Of a DNA stretch of 63,973 bases, positions 8,740 to 17,431 are shown piece by piece. The stretch covers positions 1 through 63,973 of the forward strand of contig JACROV010000012.1 of NCBI GenBank assembly GCA_016214285.1. Reading direction: 5' to 3'. Made by a program: the position numbers and the translations under genes. This stretch comes from Candidatus Omnitrophota bacterium. GTDB lineage: Bacteria > Omnitrophota > Gorgyraeia > Zapsychrales > Zapsychraceae. Every line of letters starts with the position of its first letter. The first letter of the stretch is position 1. The notes under the pieces are model-generated. The model was not told where the DNA came from. It was given only the letters and a program-made list of their open reading frames with translations, and searched no databases.

Positions 8740-9165
8740 TTAGAAAGAAGTGGAAAGTATGACGTGGGTGGTCGCAAACTTTTCCTGTTTGGTCTTCGGC
8801 TTGATAATAATTTCGACATCCCGGTCCAAAGAATTCAACAATAGGGTTATGCCTTTGATGAACAGTGCAACAGGATTTCGTGCCCATCGTATGCTGGAAG
8901 TGGTAGTCAAGGGCATAACCCTATTCAACAATTCAAAAAGATGATCCAGAGAGAACATGCTGAGTTTGCCGTTCATAAGGCAGGAAACTTTGGGTTGAGG
9001 AATATCAAGTAATTCTGAAGCGGCTTTTTGGGTCAAACCACGATTTTTGATAATTTCTGCTACGCGGGACATAATCTGAGCGCGTGCCATAACTCTTTCA
9101 GGATGGGCAACCCCGATATCGACAAAAATATTATCACTTCCTCGATGGGCTTTTTCTTTATTCAT
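8740..9165 (-). CDS. XRE-family HTH antitoxin (HigA-like), with a 30-aa in-frame MITE insertion
   Basis: GSDNIFVDIG, LTQKAASELLDIPQPKVSCLMNGKLSMFSLDHL. Removing 90 nt restores LFELLNSLDRDVEIIIKP. Confidence 0.85.
   Translation of the reverse strand: MNKEKAHRGSDNIFVDIGVAHPERVMARAQIMSRVAEIIKNRGLTQKAASELLDIPQPKVSCLMNGKLSMFSLDHLFELLNRVMPLTTTSSIRWARNPVALFIKGITLLLNSLDRDVEIIIKPKTKQEKFATTHVILSTSF
8842..8923. mobile_element. MITE-A copy 2: 82 bp, 8-bp TSD TTCAACAA
   Basis: Identical to 5224-5305. Flanks 8834-8841 and 8924-8931 are identical to each other and differ from the copy-1 flanks. Confidence 0.95.
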
Positions 9166-9359
9166 GATTTGTTCACCTCATTTATAATTCCGGCCCCTCC
9201 GGCCCCTTTTAACGGCCTGGCAGTTGCCGGCTTTTGACCTCTCTGAACCTCAAAGAGCGCAAACCCCACATCCTGCCTTACTTCTTCAGGAAGCTCCTTA
9301 AGATTTTCCCTGGATGAGCCAATCCAACTTAATGGCTTTAATGCTTGTTCTTCGTTCAT
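9162..9359 (-). pseudogene. Truncated RelE/HigB-like (Gp49-type) toxin
   Basis: KPLSWIGSSRENLKELPEEVRQDVGFALFEVQRG..PLKG.GGAG matches the N-terminal half of the family. Only 65 aa; the usual YR..Y and VLHAFQKK half is absent. Overlaps the antitoxin start (ATGA). Confidence 0.75.
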
Positions 9360-9464
9360 AATATGCCATATTTGGTATAATTGTGCAACTCCCTTTTGTC
9401 TGCATTATTTGCACTATTTTATTCGCCCTGTTCATATCCATGCACTTTCTTCAAAATACTCATG

Positions 9465-9499
9465 ACCGTCGCGAGCCACTGTAACATACGGTCAGCCGC
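9465..9499. repeat. 35-bp direct repeat, copy 1 (candidate att site)
   Basis: ACCGTCGCGAGCCACTGTAACATACGGTCAGCCGC, identical at 17178-17212; imperfect similarity extends to about 65 bp. Confidence 0.9.
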
Positions 9500-9656
9500 G
9501 GGTATCAACAAAAACTTTCTTTTTTGTTATCTGATTGTTAATCATAGGATTGTATAAAATGTTAGCGTCATGCAGAGGTTGACAAAATGTTCAAAATTTT
9601 CCAAAACATCGTACTCGTTCATCGGTTCCCCTATTCATTATTTGTTAACAGCAGTA

Positions 9657-9695
9657 AATCAACGACCCTGCGCCAAGAGCGCAGGGTCGTTGATT
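9657..9695. terminator. 17-bp perfect hairpin (terminator or REP/IS605-end-like)
   Basis: AATCAACGACCCTGCGC-caaga-GCGCAGGGTCGTTGATT, followed by a T-run on the plus strand. Confidence 0.55.
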
Positions 9696-9762
9696 AGTCC
9701 CTTTTTTGTTGGTCGTTGAGTGGTTTTAATTCACCAGCCGCTTAGAGCTTTAATACGACGCA

Positions 9763-10446
9763 TTAAGTTGTATCCAGCAAATCCAATAATGCCTTCGTAA
9801 ATTTAGACATATTTCCTTTTTCTAAATATTCTTGTGAAACATCCAATTTGCCATCCGAATCATCGCCATACTTTTTCCAGACCCCATGAAGCAAACGAAA
9901 ATCGCCTTCTTTTAAAGATTTCCGGTTCCGGATTAATAAATTCATAAACCGGTCATGACCATCTTCATTTTCTCCATCTTCCGCTTCCTCATCATAATTC
10001 TCATTGGAGCGATGCCCGCGGCTATCTTCGAAATATTCATGGCTCATACCTGGATTCAGACGGCAATGGATCGCTATAACGACACGGTCATTCTTGGCTT
10101 CAACCCGAATGCCCAGATCGTCTTCCCCGGCAAATTCATATTTCTTGATTTCCTCGATGACAGGTTGATCGGCATAAAAACCAAAGGCGATTGTCCACCA
10201 GTCATAACTTTCAGAATACATTACATCATAATATTTCTTCATCAGCGGTTCCCAACCGCCGGGTAAATCGTTCCAGTCGCCATGATAGATAAAACTCACT
10301 TTCCTCTGCGCAGGGTTTGCCCGGCTGGATAATTTGGCGACGGCCTGCCGTTGAGTCTTTTCCAAAGGTTTATCGATGGCATAAAACTCATAGGAGGTTG
10401 AACTGTGGTCGGGAGTAAACCCTTTACGTACACTGAATATTTTCAT
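9763..10446 (-). CDS. Hypothetical acidic protein co-transcribed with the radical SAM gene
   Basis: 227-aa ORF 25 nt downstream of the rSAM stop; N-terminal RKGFTPDHSSTSYEF; D/E-rich linker. Confidence 0.75.
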   Translation of the reverse strand: MKIFSVRKGFTPDHSSTSYEFYAIDKPLEKTQRQAVAKLSSRANPAQRKVSFIYHGDWNDLPGGWEPLMKKYYDVMYSESYDWWTIAFGFYADQPVIEEIKKYEFAGEDDLGIRVEAKNDRVVIAIHCRLNPGMSHEYFEDSRGHRSNENYDEEAEDGENEDGHDRFMNLLIRNRKSLKEGDFRLLHGVWKKYGDDSDGKLDVSQEYLEKGNMSKFTKALLDLLDTT

Positions 10447-10470
10447 GGCCGCCTGCCTCTTTTTCTTGGA

Positions 10471-11961
10471 TCATCCATTCCGGATAATCAAATCCAGCCA
10501 GCGTCCGGTCCTGCCCAACTGTTCACGTGGAGGCAGGACCGGATCAGGACAGCCGGGATCTCCCCCCATACCGTCCATGGCAAAAATACGGCATCCCCCA
10601 CAACTCTCTTTGGCCAGACACTGGCCGCAGCAACTGTTCTTGAATATTTTTTGTGCTCGAAATGACCGGTATTTGCGCAAGGGCCTGGATTCATTCCACA
10701 ATTTTCCAGGATTGGCTTCCATAATATTGCCGCCATAGGCCTGATCATGCACAAGTTGAGAGCAAGGATAAACAGAGCCATCTGCCGCAATAGCCATGAT
10801 TCTATCTGCAGCCACACATCCCTTAAGGCCACACTCTGCGGATACCATCTGCGAAAGGTGACGCTGCACAAAACTTAAGGCGCAATCAACGCGAATACAA
10901 AGATGCGGATTATCGGCAAGAATTCTATGAAGAATATGGTGAAGCCCTTTTAACTGATGCGGCTCCGGCACTTCAGCTTTCCAACGCTTAATACTTTGGG
11001 GTGGTTTGTACCGAAGAAAAATAATGCGTTCAAATCCAATATCGCTTAACATGCCGACAAGTGGAATGAGGTTCTCCACGGCCGTTTTATTTAAAATGAC
11101 ACTGGCTCCGTGCCTGATCTGATATTTCTGAGTTTTAAGGAAATAATTATCCAACTGCTCTTTGTATCGTCCGCAATGGGTATTCAACAGTGCCTCATTC
11201 CAAATGCCAACTTGCAGATGACGGATAGATGGCAGAGTTTGATCCAGAATATCCATCGGAGTATTTAGTTTTGCGGTTGTCAGATGGACAACCAGGCCCC
11301 GCCGATCGGCATGGCGTACGAGCTGGGGCAAATCCTGACGGGCAAAAGGTTCGCCGCCCCCGATCGCCAGTTGAAACACCTTCCAGTCCGCTAGTTTGTC
11401 AATCAATCCTAAAGCCTCAGCCGTGTTCAATTCCTTACGCGAATGCGAAAGTCTTTCAGCGTAACAATCAGGACAATGCGCGTCACAACGATAGGTCACC
11501 GCCCAATGAACTGTTTCGGGAGCAGAGAGCCGGGGGGATTTAAATTGGGGATGGCCTATTTGATCAGTCATAGCTGGTGCCATCAAAGCACTTGGATCAA
11601 CAAACTCAATCACTTTTAAATCCAGCAACTGGCGTAGTGCGTCGTTAAAAGAATGAATAACCCGGTCATTGTCTGAACTTTTGTGGCCCAAATAAATTAA
11701 CACATCAGGAATGCGTTGCGGCCCGCTCTCAAGAAAATGCAAAAACCGGAATATATTTTTATCGACTTCAAGCGTACAGCCCTGATGATCGTCAAAAATA
11801 AGTCCTCCAAAATATTCCGGCCGTAAGCGGATTCCACGGGCGAGACGAATCGCCCGAGCATCATCGATAGTTTGGTTATTCATGTCTTTGCACTTTTCCA
11901 GGGAAACCCCATCCTCCAGGCGACGCTTTAAGGGTCCGATAGAATTTAAACGCGCAAGCAT
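10471..11961 (-). CDS. Radical SAM/SPASM protein with an N-terminal RRE (PqqD/MftB-like) domain
   Basis: CDAHCPDC, GGGEP, SPASM motifs C...DGSVYPC and CGQC....CGGC...DPGC; N-terminal LRPEYFGGLIFD. Confidence 0.9.
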   Translation of the reverse strand: MLARLNSIGPLKRRLEDGVSLEKCKDMNNQTIDDARAIRLARGIRLRPEYFGGLIFDDHQGCTLEVDKNIFRFLHFLESGPQRIPDVLIYLGHKSSDNDRVIHSFNDALRQLLDLKVIEFVDPSALMAPAMTDQIGHPQFKSPRLSAPETVHWAVTYRCDAHCPDCYAERLSHSRKELNTAEALGLIDKLADWKVFQLAIGGGEPFARQDLPQLVRHADRRGLVVHLTTAKLNTPMDILDQTLPSIRHLQVGIWNEALLNTHCGRYKEQLDNYFLKTQKYQIRHGASVILNKTAVENLIPLVGMLSDIGFERIIFLRYKPPQSIKRWKAEVPEPHQLKGLHHILHRILADNPHLCIRVDCALSFVQRHLSQMVSAECGLKGCVAADRIMAIAADGSVYPCSQLVHDQAYGGNIMEANPGKLWNESRPLRKYRSFRAQKIFKNSCCGQCLAKESCGGCRIFAMDGMGGDPGCPDPVLPPREQLGRTGRWLDLIIRNG

Positions 11962-12013
11962 CCCCTTTTTCCCTGGCGCATTTGATTATCCCCATGGTTG
12001 ATCTTGCTTTTTT

Positions 12014-14026
12014 TCATGCGGGTATCTCCTGAGGTTTTACCATCGATAGTTGATCTGTAAAAAACTTTTCCACGTCATCAAACTCAGAGGTCTGGCGGCA
12101 AGCCGGCAGGGAGTTAAGAAAATCTTTCCCATAACCTTTAGTCCTGATTCGTGGATCGAGAATCACGACGATCCCTTTATCGGTTTGCCGCCGTATAAGC
12201 CTGCCGAATCCCTGGCGCGTCATAATGACCGCCCGGGGGAGCAGATAATGGGTGAAGGCATTCTTGCCCAGGGCCTCCCATCGCTCCATTTTGGCCTCGG
12301 TAATGGGATCATCAGGGACGGCAAAGGGAAGTTTCCAGATGACCACACACTCCAGCGCCCGGCCCGGGACATCCACCCCCTGCCAGAACGTGCTTGTTCC
12401 TAACAGAACAGCATGCTCGTTTTTGCGGAATTTCTCAATCAATGAGTGCGGCGGCAGATCCCCTTGTTTCATTATGGATAAATGGGGAAACGCCCGCGTC
12501 AGCGCCAGCCCCACGCGGACCATGAGTTCGACCCTGGTAAATAAAATAAACATCCTTCCCTGCATTAAGGTAACAAGTCGTTTTGTCTCATCAAACGCTT
12601 TTGCGTAATATTCTGTGGACTCCTGGCGGCCCCCCGGATCCGGCATAGATTGAGGTAAATATAAAAGAACGTTTTTAGCATAATCAAATGGAGAATCCAG
12701 CAGCAATTCGCGGACTTGATCGTCCAATCCTAAACAACTTTTTAGTAAATCGAACCGGCCGTTCGCGGCAAGGGTGGCCGAGACAAAAATCGCAGGCTCA
12801 AAGCGCTCAAGGACTTTGTGTTTAAAGACCGTTGCTATCTCCAGCGGGGCTTTGTTGAGGGAACAGCGAGGGGCCCTTGATCTTTTCTCGATCTCCACCC
12901 AGTAGACACAATTGGATTCCTGGATATTTAAAATAATCTCGATCTGATTCGCCATCTCCTGAAATTTCTTGATCATCGCCAGCCATTCCTTTTCGTCTTC
13001 TTTGGACTGGACGTTTTTTAAAATATCCAGGAAGAACGCGATCATGTCATTGAGAGGGCCCTGTAAAGTATTGCGCACAAGTCCTTTTTGTCGAATTCTT
13101 GTTTTTTGCGATTCTATACCTAGTTTATCCAGGATTTCTGAAAAAAAGACATGAGCGGCTTCTCTTGTTTTGTCGGCCAGCTTCTTTCCTGTTTTAATAT
13201 CATGTCTGGACAATCCGATACGTCTTAGAAGACCGCCTTCATTGGACGGGTTGTGCAGAGAATCCAAATGAAATTTCAGCAGGTCATTACTGATTTTATA
13301 ACCCAAATATTCTGTAGCGACATTTTCCAGCGTATGGGCCTCGTCAAATATCACGGCGTCAAAATCCGGCAGGACTTTGCCGCCGGAGGCGATATGCGCG
13401 AAGAAGATGTGATGGTTGGTGACGAGAATATCGGCCTGTTCTATTTCTTTTCGCTGTTTATAATAAAAACATTCCTCAAAATAAGGACTTTTGCGCCGCA
13501 TGCACAGATCGCTGTCGCGGTTAAATTGGCCCCATATCCCGGGACTCGGCTCAAAGGGTAAAACAGAAACAAGGCCGGTGGGAGTGGAGTTGATCCACTG
13601 ACTAATCTTTCTTAATTCTTCGTTGTCTTTGGATGACGTAAAAAGTTCAGGGAGGCTGTTTTTGTGAAACCTTCTCTTGCATAAAAAATTCTGCGAGCCC
13701 AGGCAGAGGGCGTATTGAAAATCAATATTTAACAGCTTTTTCAATCGCGGGAGCTCTTTTTGCATAAGCTGCTCCTGGAGAGCTTTGGTAAAAGTGGAGA
13801 CGGCGATTTTTTTGCCGGTCCGTTGAGACCATTCAATAGCCGGCAGAAGATAGGCCAGGGTTTTGCCAACGCCTGTCCCGGCCTCGATGACGGCATGGCG
13901 GTTGTTTTCAAAGGACTGCCTGATCTGCTCGGCCATCGCTATTTGCTGGGGGCGGGATTCAAAACCTTTGAGATGGCTTAGCTGAACATTCTTTGAGGGG
14001 CCGAACACACGAGAAAAAATATTCAT
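12014..14026 (-). CDS. dinG: DinG/YoaA-family ATP-dependent helicase
   Basis: EAGTGVGKT, Fe-S cysteines, DEAH, SATL, SPFDY, FWQGVDVPG, LPFAVPDDP and QGFGRLIR. Confidence 0.92.
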   Translation of the reverse strand: MNIFSRVFGPSKNVQLSHLKGFESRPQQIAMAEQIRQSFENNRHAVIEAGTGVGKTLAYLLPAIEWSQRTGKKIAVSTFTKALQEQLMQKELPRLKKLLNIDFQYALCLGSQNFLCKRRFHKNSLPELFTSSKDNEELRKISQWINSTPTGLVSVLPFEPSPGIWGQFNRDSDLCMRRKSPYFEECFYYKQRKEIEQADILVTNHHIFFAHIASGGKVLPDFDAVIFDEAHTLENVATEYLGYKISNDLLKFHLDSLHNPSNEGGLLRRIGLSRHDIKTGKKLADKTREAAHVFFSEILDKLGIESQKTRIRQKGLVRNTLQGPLNDMIAFFLDILKNVQSKEDEKEWLAMIKKFQEMANQIEIILNIQESNCVYWVEIEKRSRAPRCSLNKAPLEIATVFKHKVLERFEPAIFVSATLAANGRFDLLKSCLGLDDQVRELLLDSPFDYAKNVLLYLPQSMPDPGGRQESTEYYAKAFDETKRLVTLMQGRMFILFTRVELMVRVGLALTRAFPHLSIMKQGDLPPHSLIEKFRKNEHAVLLGTSTFWQGVDVPGRALECVVIWKLPFAVPDDPITEAKMERWEALGKNAFTHYLLPRAVIMTRQGFGRLIRRQTDKGIVVILDPRIRTKGYGKDFLNSLPACRQTSEFDDVEKFFTDQLSMVKPQEIPA

Positions 14027-14031
14027 AAATT

Positions 14032-16476
14032 TTAATGCCCTGTTCCATTCAATATCTCTTTGACATCATAGCCCAACATCCTATATGTCTTTAAACGCCG
14101 CTGATACATTCTGGTTAATACAGAAACGTTACGATCAACATAATCATAAATCCGGATGTCCTGCTTATCCTTGTGATACCGGTGAAGGCGTCCGGCATAC
14201 TGAACAATCTTGCCTTTAAACGAACTCGGCATGGTCAGAAATAGTGTATCCAAACGCGGCGCATCAAATCCCTCTCCGATATATGATCCGGTCGCCAGGA
14301 TAACCTTCCGGCAATCCTCAAGACTCTCTTTTATTCTTTCAAAAGCTTCCCGCCGCGCTTTCTGCCTGACTCCGCCATGCAGCCGGAATAAAACTTCAAC
14401 TTTACTCTCCAACAACTTCGCTAAAATCTCTAAATGCTCGCGTCTTTCTGTCAGAATCAGCGGGAACCTTCCTTCCCCCAATGACTCAACAACGTCCTGA
14501 ACGATTAGTTGATTCCTTGTCATATCTTCTATCATTCGGCTTGAGACATCCTGTATCTTAATATCGTCATTCCACGCATGTTCAAAGTCCGTGACACGCG
14601 GGATAACCCATGAAGCTGAAATATGCGCAGAGAGGTTTTTCTGTTTAATGCGGTGAGCAATCGGCCCGCACTGCATATGAATAATTGGCTGATGACCGTC
14701 CCGGCGATATGGTGTTGCGGTTAGCCCTAAAACATATTTTGCCTTTACCTGTGACAGAACCTTCTCAAATGAAACGGCACCCACGTGATGACATTCATCG
14801 ACAATAACAAAACCGTACTCTGCGATGCGGTCGTCAACCCCATCAGCCAAATCCATACTTTGAAACATGGCGATATCGATAACCCCATTCGACTTATTCT
14901 TGCCGCCGCCGATCTGACCGATGTCCTTTTTGTCGATACCTAAAAATGAGGCAGTCTGCAAACGCCACTGATCCATCAACGGTTTTCGGTGCACAAGAAT
15001 AAGTGCATTTGTTTTACGCTTGACGATAGATGCGATTGCTAACACTGTTTTCCCTGTTCCGGGCGGCGCGACAAAAACACCAACGTCCGACTCAAGAATG
15101 GCCTCTAACGCTTCTTCCTGTTCTTCATTGAGCGTGCCATCAAAAACAAAATCAACTTTTTTGCCTATGCCCCGTTTGTCCTCAACATTTATCCGGACGT
15201 TATACTCATCCAGCAAAGCCTTCATATCATCCAAGCACCCTCGAGGCAATGAAAGATAACCATCAACAATTTCCGCGCAACAAATAACCCGCGGTGTCGC
15301 ATGAGTTGAAAAACGCATCTTCTGCTTTCTATAAAACTCCGGATTTTGAAACGCGGCCAGATGTTTGAGCTGATTGAACAACAGTGACGGGCCACTTCCG
15401 GTCTTAATGTAAATTCGATTAGCGAGAACAACATCCAATGCTTCTGGCAGTTCCCTGATGTCAGCTTTAAATCGTCGCTTACCGGATGGTAGACGCATCC
15501 ATGGCTCATCATTTTCTTCAACCGGACTTTGGCGAACCGCGATAATTTGTCCGGTTCGTGAAGCCTCTTCAATAAAAGTTTCCACGTCCCGATGAGACAT
15601 CTTCTTAACAGACGACAAAAAAGTCCATTGATCTGAATAAGGCACACCATGTGCATCGATAAAAAGACTGTTGCCGTTGACCATCGCTTCTTTTTGAAAC
15701 GGCAAAGCAATCAGATTCCCGAATCCGCCTTTGGGCATCGTATCCTGATTCGGGAATAATCTGTCGTAACTTTTCATATCGATCTGATATCGCTTGGCCA
15801 TAGTTTTAGTAATGATCGAAGTCCCTAAACGCCTGGCTAAAACCGCGGGAATCTCTTCACTAAAGAAAATCCAAACATGCCCTCCGTTTCCCGAACGAGA
15901 TCGTTCAACCGCCGCGGGAATTTTTTCTTCGCTGCACGTCCTCATCATCGCCCGAATGTCATCCATCCAATGCTCTTTATCAAAATCAATCGCAAGAAAA
16001 TAGCAATGCTCATTTTTCAACATTGGATAAATAGCCATGACTTGAGCGCCTGTCAAATGTTGTTTGATAGCGATCTCATCCGTTAGAAGAAATCCTTGAT
16101 TGGGACATTCAGAACATTTGATGGCGGGCTTACGACATAAGACGCGATCCCATTCGTGCTTACAAACCGGGCTGTACCCACGCATGCCTGTGCGATTATT
16201 AATCCACAGCTTGGCATAAACATCCCCGCGGCCCCGGAAACAGGTTTTGAACAACGCAATTTTATCGTCTAAAAGCTGATTGTTATTGACCTTTTCCTTT
16301 CCAATGTCAAATCTCCGATGCCTGTTACTGACGGATTTTGGAGATTTGACATTTTGTTTGGCAGGGAGAAGGTCAATAACAGCAGTGGTTGGTTGAGGCG
16401 CGGTAATTTGCGGCCGGCAGGCTCCCTTCGGGAGGAGGGATTGCACGATTGGCAAGGCATTGATTCTTGAGGCCAT
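14032..16476 (-). CDS. AEP (TOTE-type) primase-like domain fused to a superfamily-2 helicase
   Basis: FRGRGDVYA, HLTG, LAIDFD, ERSRSGNGGHVW, FPNQD and GNLIALP (AEP); GTGKT, DECHH, LTATP, GEGFD and QYAGRLHR (SF2). Confidence 0.9.
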   Translation of the reverse strand: MASRINALPIVQSLLPKGACRPQITAPQPTTAVIDLLPAKQNVKSPKSVSNRHRRFDIGKEKVNNNQLLDDKIALFKTCFRGRGDVYAKLWINNRTGMRGYSPVCKHEWDRVLCRKPAIKCSECPNQGFLLTDEIAIKQHLTGAQVMAIYPMLKNEHCYFLAIDFDKEHWMDDIRAMMRTCSEEKIPAAVERSRSGNGGHVWIFFSEEIPAVLARRLGTSIITKTMAKRYQIDMKSYDRLFPNQDTMPKGGFGNLIALPFQKEAMVNGNSLFIDAHGVPYSDQWTFLSSVKKMSHRDVETFIEEASRTGQIIAVRQSPVEENDEPWMRLPSGKRRFKADIRELPEALDVVLANRIYIKTGSGPSLLFNQLKHLAAFQNPEFYRKQKMRFSTHATPRVICCAEIVDGYLSLPRGCLDDMKALLDEYNVRINVEDKRGIGKKVDFVFDGTLNEEQEEALEAILESDVGVFVAPPGTGKTVLAIASIVKRKTNALILVHRKPLMDQWRLQTASFLGIDKKDIGQIGGGKNKSNGVIDIAMFQSMDLADGVDDRIAEYGFVIVDECHHVGAVSFEKVLSQVKAKYVLGLTATPYRRDGHQPIIHMQCGPIAHRIKQKNLSAHISASWVIPRVTDFEHAWNDDIKIQDVSSRMIEDMTRNQLIVQDVVESLGEGRFPLILTERREHLEILAKLLESKVEVLFRLHGGVRQKARREAFERIKESLEDCRKVILATGSYIGEGFDAPRLDTLFLTMPSSFKGKIVQYAGRLHRYHKDKQDIRIYDYVDRNVSVLTRMYQRRLKTYRMLGYDVKEILNGTGH

Positions 16477-16540
16477 TCAGGACGGCGATTTGCTCATCAA
16501 TCTTTTTGATTTTGGTTTCCAGCGCAGTCCGTTGTTCCAT
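16373..16540 (-). CDS. 55-aa ORF, possibly the frameshifted original N-terminus of the AEP-helicase
   Basis: MEQRTALETKIKKIDEQIAVLNGLKNQCL (coiled-coil-like) overlaps the main ORF in another frame across a GC-rich palindrome at 16411-16436. Confidence 0.4.
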   Translation of the reverse strand: MEQRTALETKIKKIDEQIAVLNGLKNQCLANRAIPPPEGSLPAANYRASTNHCCY

Positions 16541-16619
16541 ATTTATTATTCAGTTTTGCCTTATTGAGAAGGTCTCTAGTGTACTGAGTCGGAAGTCTCT
16601 TTGCTTTTGAGTCGCCCGT

Positions 16620-17071
16620 CGATAAATGACTTTCGCGGACACGCTCGCTAAGCGGCCAAATGTCAAGAAGCGTTAGACTCACTACACTAGTACTTTGTCA
16701 GAAAAGTTTTTAATAGTTGATTCCTCTGAACCTTTGAGGAAATCAACTATTAAAAACAAAATTGACAAAGTACTAGCGCTACAATTTTATGCAGAGCTTC
16801 GGGGGGAAAAAGTGGCCGGTCGGCCACTTCTGTCTTTGTCCTTGAGTCCTTTGATTCGCTCTTTTGCAAATCGTTCTCGCCAGCCAAGCACTGTATTGAC
16901 GGCGATTCCCGGTTTTCGAGCGATCGTTTTATTGCCCAAACCTTTCGCGGCCTGAAGAATGATTTTCGCCCGGCAAACATCTCGTTGCGCTGATTTGCTC
17001 TTCCGTACAACTGACTCAAGGGTTTTATACTCATTGTTTGTTAACTTGATCTTTATATTTGGTTTTAACAA
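16620..17071 (-). pseudogene. Decayed IS630-family transposase (HTH part only), frameshifted and interrupted by MITE-B
   Basis: RAKIILQAAKG..NKTIAR....NTVLGWRERF...GLKD..RSGRP, continuing in other frames as PEALHKIVAL and WPLSERVRE; no DDE domain. Confidence 0.85.
16687..16776. mobile_element. MITE-B: 90-bp near-perfect hairpin with CTAG at both ends
   Basis: CTAGTACTTTGTCA...TGACAAAGTACTAG terminal IR plus an internal IR TTTTTAATAGTTGATT / AATCAACTATTAAAAA. Confidence 0.85.
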
Positions 17072-17177
17072 GGCATCCTCACTCCTTTCGTTTGTGATTC
17101 TGCCTTATTATCCAACACATGCAAGAACGGTTCAAGAACTTTTGAAACAATCTAGTACTTTCTTTAAAATGCTCAAT

Positions 17178-17212
17178 ACCGTCGCGAGCCACTGTAACAT
17201 ACGGTCAGCCGC
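17178..17212. repeat. 35-bp direct repeat, copy 2
   Basis: Identical to 9465-9499. Confidence 0.9.
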
Positions 17213-17257
17213 AGGTCTCGATGAAAATTGTGTCCCGAATGGCATACTCGTTGGGAG

Positions 17258-17431
17258 TTATTGCGTTTCCTGGCGCTGTCTTCTTAGTTCAAGCCGGATG
17301 GCCTTCAAGCGCCTGCTGGACGTGCGCAGCATGAATTCATGCATCTGGTGAAGCCATTCCAGTTTCTTTTGGGGTGATATTTTCATAAATCGTCGAAGAC
17401 GCTGGTCGTGAGTTTCCCATTCAAAGATCAT
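17258..17431 (-). CDS. 57-aa small protein, probable partner of the nucleotidyltransferase remnant
   Basis: MIFEWETHDQRLRRFMKISPQKKLEWLHQMHEF...; start overlaps the upstream stop (ATGA); below the ORF-track cutoff. Confidence 0.55.
   Translation of the reverse strand: MIFEWETHDQRLRRFMKISPQKKLEWLHQMHEFMLRTSSRRLKAIRLELRRQRQETQ

Noticed and set aside
9465-9499. Repeat as an Xer dif/pdif site or an integron attC
   Set aside because: GTATGTTACAG only partly matches the XerD arm, there is no XerC-like arm, and there are no proper RYYYAAC/GTTRRRY ends.
10471-11961. Radical SAM protein as a prokaryotic viperin or a true MftC/PqqE
   Set aside because: It has a SPASM domain, unlike viperins, and no mftA/pqqA precursor or other pathway genes are nearby.
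9441-17219. Direct repeat pair as DGR template/variable repeats
   Set aside because: Mismatches are not confined to adenines, and no reverse transcriptase is present in the window.
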